The position numbers and the translations under genes were made by a program. The notes under the pieces were generated by a model. That model was not told where the DNA came from, did no database searches, and saw only the letters and a list, made by a program, of their open reading frames with translations. Shown here one piece after another: positions 7,768 to 15,522 of a stretch of 27,225 nt of DNA; position 1 is the stretch's first letter, and every line of letters starts with the position of its first letter. Origin of the DNA: a virus (lineage: Duplodnaviria > Caudoviricetes); IMG/VR virus record IMGVR_UViG_3300011423_000025, positions 1 to 27,225 of that record. The stretch is one strand, 5' to 3'.

Positions 7768-9813
7768 CTAGCCCTCCTCCGGCGTATCGATCACTTCCTC
7801 GATCAATGAACATCGACACTGAATTACTTCCTCGGCCGGACCGGATGGATCGTTCGGGAACATGAGCCCATTGCTGAATTCCTGCATCGCAGGAATCGGG
7901 TTGTCCGTCGTCTCTTCATCGACCGCGGCGTGGCTGTCGCGCACGAGTTGATCGCGCGAAGAGAGCCATGACTTTTTGATGTTCGACCCGTGCGCGACGA
8001 GATCCTTGACTCCCTCGAAACTGCCCTTGTTGAGCATCGTGCCGGCCTCGGTACGCGCAATGCGTTCGAGGCGATACTCCGGGAAGTCCGTCTCCGTCTC
8101 GTCGCCCTGGCCCGTGTCGACGAGATCCTTGAAGGAGGCACCGATACGATTCTCGATCTCGCGCGTCGAGAGTCCCTCGTTGAAGCCATCCTGTACGGCG
8201 CCCTGGATCGCGGCGCGCGTCGCATCCTGGATCTCGACGACCTTCGTCGCACCCCACCTCGAATAGAAGTCCTGGAACGGGAGGTGGCTGTCTTTCAATG
8301 CCCGGCGCGTGGATGGCAGAAGATCGTGCATCTTCTCGTTCGCGGCATCGACCATGCCCGAGAGGAAGACGGGGCCGACCTCCAGCACGAATTTCCGCGA
8401 CTCCTCCTGCGTCGAAAACAGTTTGCCGATCATCGCATCGTCGAAGATGGCCTTCTGCGTCGATGGCTTGGCGCCCGCAGCGACCTGCATGCCCATGAAT
8501 GGACCGAGTTCGCTCTTGAGCGTCTCGAACTTGGCGAGCACGCGCGCGCGCTGATCCTTGAAAAAGGTGCGCATCGGCTCGCGCAGCTTCGCCGTCGCGG
8601 AATCGTGCAATCGGCGGTAGGCGACGCGCGCCATCGCCTTGAATTCAGGGGTCGCGCGCGCGCGCCTGCCTGCACCCTTGGCTGGGAAATCGCCGGCCCC
8701 GCCGAACGGCGAGGGCGCGGGCGCCTTGAAATCCTCACCACCATCCGTCACGGGATCCAGCCCGAGGACGGAGCGCGCCTCGTTCTTCGTGACAATGCCC
8801 GAGTCGTAGCCCTTCATCGTCGCGTCGCGTTCCTTGTCGGAGTCTCGGGTCGCGTCGGCCTGCTCGAAAGCGAATCGCACGCGCAGCCGCGGATCCTTGA
8901 AGTCGCGGCGGATCTGTCGCGTCAGCGATTCAGCGAGCGGGCGCCCCGTGCGCGGCAGCGTGAACTTGAAAAACAGCTTGATCTGCACGTCCGCATTCGC
9001 GAGGACCGACGCTTCCTGCACGTCCATCGCGAGGATCGGCGGGACGCCGAACGCGGCGAGGATGCGGTTCTGCGTAAATTCAGCGGTGTCCGGGAACTGC
9101 ATGTCCTTCGGCGGCAGGCCGATCGGCTTGACCTTTAATCCAGCATCCAGCAAGACGATTCCGCCCGACTTGCCGGATCGCATGTGCTTCTGCTCGAACT
9201 CGCGCGTAATGCGCTTTGCGTTCGAGCGGGCCACGGCCTGTTCGGTTTCGAGAACGAGATCGGGGATGCCGCCATTGTCGACGGTCGACTGGTTGTACTT
9301 CTCCAGGTTTGCGTCGATGCCGATGACGGTGCGCAGGACGGAGATCGGCGAGAGTCCCCACCAATCGTTGTTCGGGTCGAAGTATCGATAGAAGTCGGCG
9401 TTGCGGTAGTCGATCGGGATGATTGTGCCGCCGACGTTGTACTCGTATCGCTTCACGCCTCCAGGTGTGCCACTATCCGGAACGATCGTGACCTGCGACG
9501 GGCGCAGCGGGGTGTAAGCGAGCACCTCCGCATTCGGATTGAAGTCGATGGGATCGACGTTCCTTCGCTCGCACACGATCAACTCGCTGCCGCAAGTCTC
9601 CATGTACGTCGTCGCCTGCTCGACGAAATCGCTGCCCGAGATCCGCGATCGCGGGTTGTCGAGAATCATCTGCGCCGGATGATCGGCAACGGCGACGTAC
9701 TTGCCGCCCTTCTGCTGCTGCTCGACGCACATCGGCACCAAGGCGAGATTGGATGCGATCTGCCGAATCGCGACGTAGACCCATATCGACGCCGCATAGG
9801 TCTGGAGAAACAT
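7768..9813 (-). CDS. Portal protein (HK97 family) fused to a C-terminal MuF/SPP1 gp7-like head morphogenesis domain; true start may be CTG at 10038
   Basis: Portal motifs WVYVAIRQIA, WGLSPI, KDMQF, ILAAFGVPP and TKNEARSVLGLDP. MuF motifs RIARTE, KKSWLSSRD..VRDSH and FPNDP..EVIQCRC. The frame stays open for 81 codons upstream of the ATG. Confidence 0.92.
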   Translation of the reverse strand: MFLQTYAASIWVYVAIRQIASNLALVPMCVEQQQKGGKYVAVADHPAQMILDNPRSRISGSDFVEQATTYMETCGSELIVCERRNVDPIDFNPNAEVLAYTPLRPSQVTIVPDSGTPGGVKRYEYNVGGTIIPIDYRNADFYRYFDPNNDWWGLSPISVLRTVIGIDANLEKYNQSTVDNGGIPDLVLETEQAVARSNAKRITREFEQKHMRSGKSGGIVLLDAGLKVKPIGLPPKDMQFPDTAEFTQNRILAAFGVPPILAMDVQEASVLANADVQIKLFFKFTLPRTGRPLAESLTRQIRRDFKDPRLRVRFAFEQADATRDSDKERDATMKGYDSGIVTKNEARSVLGLDPVTDGGEDFKAPAPSPFGGAGDFPAKGAGRRARATPEFKAMARVAYRRLHDSATAKLREPMRTFFKDQRARVLAKFETLKSELGPFMGMQVAAGAKPSTQKAIFDDAMIGKLFSTQEESRKFVLEVGPVFLSGMVDAANEKMHDLLPSTRRALKDSHLPFQDFYSRWGATKVVEIQDATRAAIQGAVQDGFNEGLSTREIENRIGASFKDLVDTGQGDETETDFPEYRLERIARTEAGTMLNKGSFEGVKDLVAHGSNIKKSWLSSRDQLVRDSHAAVDEETTDNPIPAMQEFSNGLMFPNDPSGPAEEVIQCRCSLIEEVIDTPEEG

Positions 9814-10056
9814 CGCGACGGGATCGGGCGCCTGGAGCGATGAATTCAGCCCCGCGACCTCGGCGATGACTTCCTCGATCAGCCCCTTCGCGTCGCGCGT
9901 GCGTGCCGCCTCGCGCGCGACGGCGACGAGCCCGCGGCGACCGACCTGCCGCGCGAGCGCGGGCAGGAAGTCTTCCGCGCCATGAACGCCCGGCGCGACG
10001 ATCGAGTGGCCGTTCTTCGACGGTCGCCGCTTCGACAGAGCGATGCCCCGCGTCGG

Positions 10057-10821
10057 CTACGGCGTGTGCACCGTCAGCCAGTCGAGCGCGCCACCCGGCG
10101 CGGCCAGGAATGTCTGCGTCCCAAGCTCTTCGGCCCGCTTCGTCAGCGCGCGCCAGAGCGACCGTGTCGCGTCCCACTGCGGAGGGAGATACGCCTCGCC
10201 GATCTGCGCGCACGAAGACGCAGGTACGTCGCCGTGGTCGTAACCGGGCACATCCTTCCCGACCGCCGAAAGCTCGACCTGATCCCCCGCGAGCCTACCT
10301 CCACAGTCCATGCCGAGCAAGAATACTCGCTCTGCGCCACAAAGTAATGCGACCTGATAGGCCAGCAACCCGGAGAGATTTCCGTAGGCGCGAGCGTCCA
10401 ATGGGTTCCACTTCGCATTGGCGAAAACGCCCGGTTCGACCGTGCCGACGTGAGGTTTCGCCTCGAAGATGCGATCGGCGAGATGCGCGGGCTCGTCGAA
10501 TTGAACGCACGTCTCACGCTGCTCGGGCACAACCATGATCGGATCGGGAACGTGCACCGCGCAGGTTTTCATGTAGCCGTGCGCGACGAGGTTCGCCTGC
10601 GCGCCGTCGTACGCGACGATGATTTCGGCCGGTGGCAGCATCGGATCCAGACAGTAGCCGGCGTTGCACCCGATGATCCACGCACGCGAGCGCGCGTTGT
10701 GGACGACCTGCGCGCGATTGACCCGGCTCGGCCCGTTGCCGACGACGAGCACGGTGCGCCAGACCGACATGGGCTTGCGCGTGATGCGCCATCGATCGTG
10801 AAGCTCAATCCAGTTCCTCAT
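10057..10821 (-). CDS. MptE-like/DUF115 (Maf, CST-II sialyltransferase-fold) putative glycosyl- or nucleotidyl-group transferase
   Basis: Motifs VLVVGNGPS, IIGCN and SGLLAYQVALLCGAERVFLLGMD. An alternative ATG lies at 10770. Confidence 0.7.
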   Translation of the reverse strand: MRNWIELHDRWRITRKPMSVWRTVLVVGNGPSRVNRAQVVHNARSRAWIIGCNAGYCLDPMLPPAEIIVAYDGAQANLVAHGYMKTCAVHVPDPIMVVPEQRETCVQFDEPAHLADRIFEAKPHVGTVEPGVFANAKWNPLDARAYGNLSGLLAYQVALLCGAERVFLLGMDCGGRLAGDQVELSAVGKDVPGYDHGDVPASSCAQIGEAYLPPQWDATRSLWRALTKRAEELGTQTFLAAPGGALDWLTVHTP

Positions 10822-11029
10822 CGATCTCCTCTTCTTTCGTCACGTCGAACAGTTCATCGATCTTCACATCCTCACGCTTCGTCTTCGGCGTCGCGTACGG
10901 ATCGAATGCTTTCATGCAGATCGGGCACGTCACGAGTGCCGCATCGGCGTCGTCGTAATCGCTCTCATCGTCGATCGATCCGACGAACTCGGTCGAACAG
11001 TGCGGGCACTCGAAAGCGTCCATGCTCAT
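10805..11029 (-). CDS. Small acidic zinc-ribbon protein
   Basis: CPHC...CPIC pair, 74 aa, ATGA-coupled to terL. Confidence 0.7.
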   Translation of the reverse strand: MSMDAFECPHCSTEFVGSIDDESDYDDADAALVTCPICMKAFDPYATPKTKREDVKIDELFDVTKEEEIDEELD

Positions 11030-12648
11030 GCTCGCTTGTGAATCGCGGTCGGATCCGCCATGCCACGGAAGCTCAACGAGAATCCGATCACCGCGCAGAG
11101 CAGCGCGTCGGGTCCGTGGTCGTCGACCTTGACCGGCTTGCCGGTGTCGTCGGCATGGTACGCCTTCAAGTATCGCACGGCGCGATCAAAGAGTGGGTCT
11201 TTCGGTCCACCACCAAGATCAGGCGCAAGACGAAGCAGCTTCTTCTCGAAGCGTCGGCGCACCTCGCCGATGCCGTATGCCTTCCACTTCGAGAAGACGA
11301 CGGGCACGACACGGGGCGACCAGTCAATGCCACGCTTCTCTGCAACTTGCTGCCCGAGGTTGTGCAATTCCTCATTGTCGCTCGGATTTGCGGAGTCCGC
11401 GAAGATCGACTCGATGCGCTCGTCGAAACATCTTTCGAGGATGTGCTCGCGGATCGGGCCGAATCGCTCGCGCGTGAAGAACTCCCAGCGGTAGGCGACG
11501 AGCGCGTCGCTCATGCGCACGACGTAGACAATCGCGCATTCGCCCGCGAATCCCCAATCGAGGCCGACCGCTTTCTCCAGTAATTGGAACCGGCGCGCGT
11601 GATCCTTCGGATCCTTCGCCAGCGCCTTGCTGCGCAGGATCGATTCGTCGATCGTGATCGGGTCATAGATGTGCCCGGCCGCGGCGACCGCCTTGCCCAT
11701 GAGTTCGCGCTCGAAGACTTCGCGTGACTGATCGATGAACTGCTGCGCGATCTCGTCGATCGACACCCATCCATCGACTTCATGCGCCTTGCCGGCGCAA
11801 TATGCCTCATGAACGATGCGGCGCGTCGGGCCGTCACCCTCGTAGTAGTGCTCGGCGAAATGCTCTTTGACCGGACACGTCGTCTTGCAGTCGTACGGGC
11901 AGCGCTTCGCCACGTCGAAGATGTTGAATCGGCGCAGGTCGTAGCCGGCCATCGAGGGGGACTGGATCAGTTGCCAGAAGCGCCCGACCTGGCGTTCGCC
12001 CATCGTCGAAAGTTGCAGCAGCGCGCTCGGGTCCGCGCTCGTCAGTTGCCCCTTGCTCGCGTCGATCAATCGGTCCTCGATCAGCGCCGCCTCGTCGAGC
12101 GTGAGCCCGCCGCCGCCGCTCGGGCCGCCGGGGTGTGCACCTCGGATTGACTTCTCGCTTGCCGTGTGAATCGTGATCGATCCGCCCGCCTTCGCCTTCG
12201 TTGTCTCGGCCTGACAGTAGAGGGTGAAGTTTGCGAGGTCGGACGAGGTCAGGTGCGCGTCGCGGATGTGCGCGTAGCATCGCGCGGCCTGCTCGCCGGA
12301 CGCGCCGATGTTCGACCAGTCGTACCCAAAGAAGCGATAGGCGATCATCTCGATCAGTGCAGCGAGGTACGTCTTACCGCCGCCGCGCGGGCCGAGGATC
12401 ACGAGGCGCAGGATCTTGCGCTCGCGGAAGTGCTTCAAGACGTAGAGCAGGATGCCAAGGATTTTCGGCACGGTGCGCAGCTTCACGCCGATTTCGCGCT
12501 CGGACCATGCGACAATTTCTTCGTCGCTCGGAGCGGCGCGCGATTCAGCAAGGCGTCCCTGCTCGATCTCCGCGACGAGTCGTGCCATCGCATCCACGCC
12601 AGCTACGCGCGCGGTACCGAGCAATTCGTCGGAACGCTCCGGGATCAC
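11026..12648 (-). CDS. terL: Terminase large subunit
   Basis: Walker A GPRGGGKT, Walker B LTLDEAA, motif III LST, and nuclease motifs GLDWG, ADSAN and DDHGPDAL. Confidence 0.92.
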   Translation of the reverse strand: MIPERSDELLGTARVAGVDAMARLVAEIEQGRLAESRAAPSDEEIVAWSEREIGVKLRTVPKILGILLYVLKHFRERKILRLVILGPRGGGKTYLAALIEMIAYRFFGYDWSNIGASGEQAARCYAHIRDAHLTSSDLANFTLYCQAETTKAKAGGSITIHTASEKSIRGAHPGGPSGGGGLTLDEAALIEDRLIDASKGQLTSADPSALLQLSTMGERQVGRFWQLIQSPSMAGYDLRRFNIFDVAKRCPYDCKTTCPVKEHFAEHYYEGDGPTRRIVHEAYCAGKAHEVDGWVSIDEIAQQFIDQSREVFERELMGKAVAAAGHIYDPITIDESILRSKALAKDPKDHARRFQLLEKAVGLDWGFAGECAIVYVVRMSDALVAYRWEFFTRERFGPIREHILERCFDERIESIFADSANPSDNEELHNLGQQVAEKRGIDWSPRVVPVVFSKWKAYGIGEVRRRFEKKLLRLAPDLGGGPKDPLFDRAVRYLKAYHADDTGKPVKVDDHGPDALLCAVIGFSLSFRGMADPTAIHKRA

Positions 12649-12651
12649 GAA

Positions 12652-12723
12652 TGGCGCCCCGTGGCCGAGTCGAACGGCTCTTCGCGCGGAGTTCCGCCGG
12701 GTGCACCGCTACACCATGGGGGC
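12652..12723 (-). ncRNA. Degenerate tRNA-like element (Glu/Asp-like 5' end, remodelled anticodon arm, 3' CCA)
   Basis: GCCCC/GGGGC acceptor, U8, D arm GTGT-AGCGGT-GCAC, T arm GCCG-TTCGACT-CGGC, then G73 and CCA. The anticodon arm is replaced by GCGG-AACT-CCGC. Confidence 0.65.
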
Positions 12724-12730
12724 GTTTGAA

Positions 12731-13612
12731 TCATCTTGCGGCTCGGCACTTCACGATCACGCAGATGTCGCGGGCGTAGGGCGTCTCGTCCGAAACCACG
12801 TCGACCGTCACGAGATCGCCGACCGCGACGTTGCGGTTGAGCGAGGACGGGACGTTGTACTCCTTGAAGTTCTCACCGCTCGCGATCGCAAGCTTCGTCG
12901 AGCCGACGAGCGTCACGCCATTGCGCAGCACATCGAAGTAAGTCGAACCAGAATATCCGCTCACGCCCTTCGTGATCGTGACCTTTTCGATGCGACCGTC
13001 GCGCTCGACGTACTGCTGCGTGCCGAGCAATTCGGCGCTGTCCGTGAGCGATACGAGTTCGACCTGCATGAACGATCCACCCTGGATCGTGTTGATCGTC
13101 CCGGTCGGCGCACCCTCGCGGATCGCGTAGATTTCGAGGTAATCGCCGCTCACGAGATCAATGATGAATGACGAGAAGGCGGAACCATGCGTGCTCGCCG
13201 TGATCGGAACAGTGAATCCGGACATCGATCCGACGAGATCACTGCCGCTGCTGTTCTTCGAGATGAATGTCTTGATGCTGCCTGCGTCCGCCGCGCCACT
13301 CGATAGCGCATTGACACCGTACGTTACGCGATAGATGCCGGTGCGCGTGACATGGACGCGCGTCGGGAACGAAGACATCGGACCGAAGAAGTCGGGGTCA
13401 CGCGCGCTCTCTCCCGCGAGCCAGACGATGACGTTCGATCCCGTATTGAGGTTGAGTCCGCCCGCACTATCGCGCCGCTTGACGTACTTGAGAATTCCTT
13501 CGCGCCGGTTCCCGTGGCCCGGGAAGGTGAACGTCATGAAGAAGATGCCCGGGTCGCTCGGCGAGGAGCCGCCGCGCACCGGAGGTGGACGAATCTTGCC
13601 GATCGGTGACAT
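12731..13612 (-). CDS. Putative virion surface/decoration protein with a C1q/TNF (BclA C-terminal)-like beta-sandwich
   Basis: Pattern VHVTRTGIYRVTYGV...FIIDLVSGDYLEIY. Ser/Gly/Thr-rich, with a second beta domain containing VAVGDLVTVDV. Confidence 0.55.
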   Translation of the reverse strand: MSPIGKIRPPPVRGGSSPSDPGIFFMTFTFPGHGNRREGILKYVKRRDSAGGLNLNTGSNVIVWLAGESARDPDFFGPMSSFPTRVHVTRTGIYRVTYGVNALSSGAADAGSIKTFISKNSSGSDLVGSMSGFTVPITASTHGSAFSSFIIDLVSGDYLEIYAIREGAPTGTINTIQGGSFMQVELVSLTDSAELLGTQQYVERDGRIEKVTITKGVSGYSGSTYFDVLRNGVTLVGSTKLAIASGENFKEYNVPSSLNRNVAVGDLVTVDVVSDETPYARDICVIVKCRAAR

Positions 13613-13614
13613 CG

Positions 13615-14286
13615 TCAGTGCGCTCCGTTCGTGCCGTTCGTCCCCGGGTTTTCATGGTTCGGATTCGGCTTACTTTGCGATGCAAAGTGACCGGGAACGG
13701 GGGGAGGGCCTAGAGAGAGAGAGGATGTCGATACGTCGATGATGGAATCCTTCGCGGCAATGGTTCGAGCGCCCGACTCCAGCACCGACTTGAAGCGTCG
13801 CGCTAGGCGCAGCAGCAGTTCACGCGCAGGGGGGAGCGGGTCGACGATCTCGGCTCGCATCGCATCGGCAAGCTCGGAGAAGACGACATCGAACGTCGCG
13901 ACGACGATTTCCTTGCGCTCCGGCGCGTTGAGCCCGAGCAACCTCGCCTCGCTCTCGCAGGCCGCCAAGTAACCCGCTTGATCGGGGTCGGACTCCTTCT
14001 GGACCACGCCCCCGTTCACAATGATCTTTTGCCGCGTCAGCGCGATCCGCTTCGCACGCCCACGCTCCGCGATCGCGGTGCTCAGTTGCCCGCGTCGTCG
14101 TCGCTTCGCATCGCGATCGAAATCCTGATAGGCGCATGCGCAATATCGCGACGCCGTGCGCTTGGACATGCCCGGATTCGCCCTGCGCATTTCGGCAATG
14201 ACCGCGCTATCCTGCACGCCGCCCGTGATGAGGTTTTGCGCATCGCGGATGATCTTCCACCGCTTTTCATGGCTCGCCTTGAACAT
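13615..14286 (-). CDS. Putative terminase small subunit (HTH + helical domain)
   Basis: N-terminal HTH-like MSKRTASRY and an EARLLGLNAPER motif. It is the first gene of the packaging cluster. Confidence 0.55.
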   Translation of the reverse strand: MFKASHEKRWKIIRDAQNLITGGVQDSAVIAEMRRANPGMSKRTASRYCACAYQDFDRDAKRRRRGQLSTAIAERGRAKRIALTRQKIIVNGGVVQKESDPDQAGYLAACESEARLLGLNAPERKEIVVATFDVVFSELADAMRAEIVDPLPPARELLLRLARRFKSVLESGARTIAAKDSIIDVSTSSLSLGPPPVPGHFASQSKPNPNHENPGTNGTNGAH

Positions 14287-14375
14287 GTTCTGCTTTCCAC
14301 TTCACTCTGCGGTGCAGAGTATCACCGATCCGCGTTCGCTCTCCGCGACTTCTCAGGAGAGAACGAGTGCAGCGA

Positions 14376-14693
14376 TCACGGGAGACTGCGCAGGAATTCT
14401 TCGACGCGCTCACGCGAAGGCGTGCCGGTGATCTCGTTCGCGCGCTTCAACTTCTCGACCGCCCTCAGGACGGCGGCGGCTTGCAGGTCCATGTTGTAGC
14501 GCTCGTCCACCTCACGCTCGCAGTTTTCCAACCACTCCACCATCTGCATGAGCATGGACTTCTTCGGCGCCTCCCTCTCCAATCGCGCGAGATCGCGGCG
14601 GGCGGCGTCCATGATGAGCGTCCACGTCGGACCCTGGATGCCATTACTGGCCTCCAGCGCCTTCCGCAGCGCGTCCCGGTCGGGGTCACTCAT
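14376..14693 (-). CDS. Hypothetical protein
   Basis: 105 aa, SD AAGGAGG, ATGA-coupled. Confidence 0.7.
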   Translation of the reverse strand: MSDPDRDALRKALEASNGIQGPTWTLIMDAARRDLARLEREAPKKSMLMQMVEWLENCEREVDERYNMDLQAAAVLRAVEKLKRANEITGTPSRERVEEFLRSLP

Positions 14694-14881
14694 GGGGAGG
14701 CCTCCTTCTTCCTCTGTTGCTCAACGGTGTCGGTGGAAAATTCGTAGAAGCAGATCTTGCAGGAGTATTGCAACTCGTCGTTGCGGACGGAGTAGAACGG
14801 CCCACGGAACCACTCGGGCTCACCGTTCCCGCACTTCGGGCACGACATCGGCACCGAGTCCCTATGCTCTCTGAGGGTCAC
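14690..14881 (-). CDS. Small zinc-ribbon protein
   Basis: CPKC...CKIC pair. GTG at 14881 overlaps the upstream TGA. Confidence 0.7.
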   Translation of the reverse strand: MTLREHRDSVPMSCPKCGNGEPEWFRGPFYSVRNDELQYSCKICFYEFSTDTVEQQRKKEASP

Positions 14882-15048
14882 GCCTTCACTCCCCAATTCG
14901 CGGCGTCTAGAGCCGCAAGATCACGTTTGCCGCGGCGCCGGAACCATCGCCGGTACTGATCCTTGCAGAATTTCCGCAGGCCACGAGCACCGGTGTAGTT
15001 CTTCCAGTCGAACTCGTACCGCGTGAACGCTTTGCCGCCGGTCTTCAT
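14878..15048 (-). CDS. Small basic hypothetical protein (56 aa, not in the ORF track)
   Basis: SD GAGGTG then ATG: MKTGGKAFTRYEFDWKNYTGARGLRKFCKDQYRRWFRRRGKRDLAALDAANWGVKA. It fills the gap and is coupled to the next gene. Confidence 0.7.
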   Translation of the reverse strand: MKTGGKAFTRYEFDWKNYTGARGLRKFCKDQYRRWFRRRGKRDLAALDAANWGVKA

Positions 15049-15057
15049 TGGATCACC

Positions 15058-15522
15058 TCAATAAATCTGTGGGTGCGCCTCCGCGTCGATCGCCTGGAGC
15101 CTCTTCAGCGAGGCGAGGACGTCGAGGAAGGCTGACTTCTCTGCGGCGTCGTACTCCGAGTCCTCGAAGGACGCTGTGGCGCGATCTTCGATCATCCGCA
15201 CGTTCATCTTGCCGAGCTTGCTCTTCATCTTCTTGGATCGCCCTCGCGAAGCGTTGGGCTCGCGCGCGGCCGGCGTGGCAGTGGCAATACCGTAGAGGCG
15301 GCGTCCATTTGCCCACATCTGCGGAGAGTCCAAATCCTCTTCGTCCTTCTCGCACGATGCCGGAGCCGTGGCAGACCCGGCACCACCACGAGAACGACCG
15401 ATCCTCTCGCTGAGACGCCGCAGCAGCCACGTCCGATACGCCACGACCTGCCGGTCGATGCACGCGAGTTCATTCGCCAAGTCCAAAACCGATCGATTCG
15501 AGACGGGCGCGCGACGCTTCAT
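15058..15522 (-). CDS. Hypothetical protein (overlapped by an alternative-frame Zn-finger-like ORF)
   Basis: SD GGAGGAG, ATG at 15522 in an ATGA overlap. The middle part is less protein-like than the overlapping frame 15053..15463. Confidence 0.5.
   Translation of the reverse strand: MKRRAPVSNRSVLDLANELACIDRQVVAYRTWLLRRLSERIGRSRGGAGSATAPASCEKDEEDLDSPQMWANGRRLYGIATATPAAREPNASRGRSKKMKSKLGKMNVRMIEDRATASFEDSEYDAAEKSAFLDVLASLKRLQAIDAEAHPQIY

Noticed and set aside
4675-9843. Long plus-strand ORFs (4675..6357, 5594..6769, 6385..7809, 7990..9138)
   Set aside because: They are antisense shadows of head genes with Arg/Gly/Ala-rich non-protein-like composition, as expected at this GC content.
3113-13620. 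Other CUGANGA hexamer hits on the minus strand (e.g. 3114-3120, 13612-13618)
   Set aside because: They coincide with stop/start junctions or coding sequence, and I found no flanking stems with GAAA.
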